From IMG/VR virus record IMGVR_UViG_3300033233_000001, positions 1-64,000 of that record: 64,000 bases of DNA, one strand, 5' to 3'. A model generated the notes under the pieces. It was not told the DNA's origin. It searched no databases and worked only from the letters and a program-made list of their open reading frames with translations. Positions 63,478 to 64,000 of this stretch are shown in pieces (position 1 is the stretch's first letter; every line of letters starts with the position of its first letter). The position numbers and the translations under genes are program-made.

Positions 63478-63723
63478 CTACAAGCCGATTGCCGCGATTG
63501 CGGTCGCGAGGTCCGCCCCGCGCCCGATGTACGTGAGCGGTGTCGGCGTGTAGCCGTGGTCGCAGCGCGATGCGTGTTCTGGCAGGAAGACGCCGGGGTA
63601 CAGCGTCGCGTCGGTGACGGCCACCGTGAAGCGCCCGCCGCGAGCGTAGGCTCGCACCTGACCGCCGCGAGCGCGGACGTCGCGCAGAAGCTCTAGGCCG
63701 TTCTCGACGGCGTGACGGCTCAT
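63478..63723 (-). CDS. Hypothetical protein
   Basis: 81 aa. Confidence 0.5.
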   Translation of the reverse strand: MSRHAVENGLELLRDVRARGGQVRAYARGGRFTVAVTDATLYPGVFLPEHASRCDHGYTPTPLTYIGRGADLATAIAAIGL

Positions 63724-63725
63724 GG

Positions 63726-64000
63726 TCAGACGCATCGATCCTCCATCGTGGGCGGCAGCGCGCGGTGGCACGCGCGGTACGTAGCCTCGAACGCCTCAAG
63801 CTCCGACCAGTCCTTGCGCCGGAGGTTGAGCACGGCCTTGACGTGGACGTGTGCCGCGTCGCGCGTTCGGAATGACGCTTCGTTGTAGAGGTACGCGGTC
63901 CCGCCGACGCCGATGAAGAGGTCGCACGGGTTGTACGAAGCTCCGTCCAACGGCAACCACAGCCAGACGGTCGTGCCCTGCGGGTTCGAGATCTTGTAGC
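63726..64000 (-). CDS. Hypothetical protein, 5' end outside the window
   Basis: Frame open to the window edge. Confidence 0.55.
   Translation of the reverse strand, partial: YKISNPQGTTVWLWLPLDGASYNPCDLFIGVGGTAYLYNEASFRTRDAAHVHVKAVLNLRRKDWSELEAFEATYRACHRALPPTMEDRCV

Noticed and set aside
1-64000. tRNA, rRNA, cas genes, reverse transcriptase/DGR, capsid, terminase
   Set aside because: None recognised by eye; tRNAscan-SE, Infernal and HMM searches are needed to exclude divergent cases

Overview
GC-rich, gene-dense 64 kb segment of what is most likely a large dsDNA phage; no capsid, terminase or portal gene is seen in this window. A family-typical DNA-binding protein at 30750 suggests a Myxococcota/Polyangiales host (inference). 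Left to right: a large helicase-like gene; a tail/receptor module (beta-helix spike, Gly-rich fibre, chaperone); mixed-strand accessory genes (phosphatase, SGNH hydrolase, wall-hydrolase-like proteins, a thaumatin-like protein, toxin-antitoxin-derived genes, a divergent tyrosine recombinase); a long + strand operon (5'-3' exonuclease, YggL, ClpX-type Zn finger, MTase, HNH, a GlyRS-like catalytic core, RNA ligase, NadM-Nudix, ADP-ribosylhydrolase, NAMPT); and a - strand block of small early-type genes with sigma70-like promoters. Three different TnpB elements have resolvable ends. Standout feature: a cas-less 36-bp CRISPR mini-array (48435-50511) is split by a complete IS605-type tnpA+tnpB element whose right end abuts 22 nt of residual spacer, so the TnpB omegaRNA guide is predicted to be a CRISPR spacer. 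A solitary 28-nt copy of the repeat 11.5 kb away ends exactly at a predicted Cas6 cut site. All family calls come from motif recognition by eye, not database searches.
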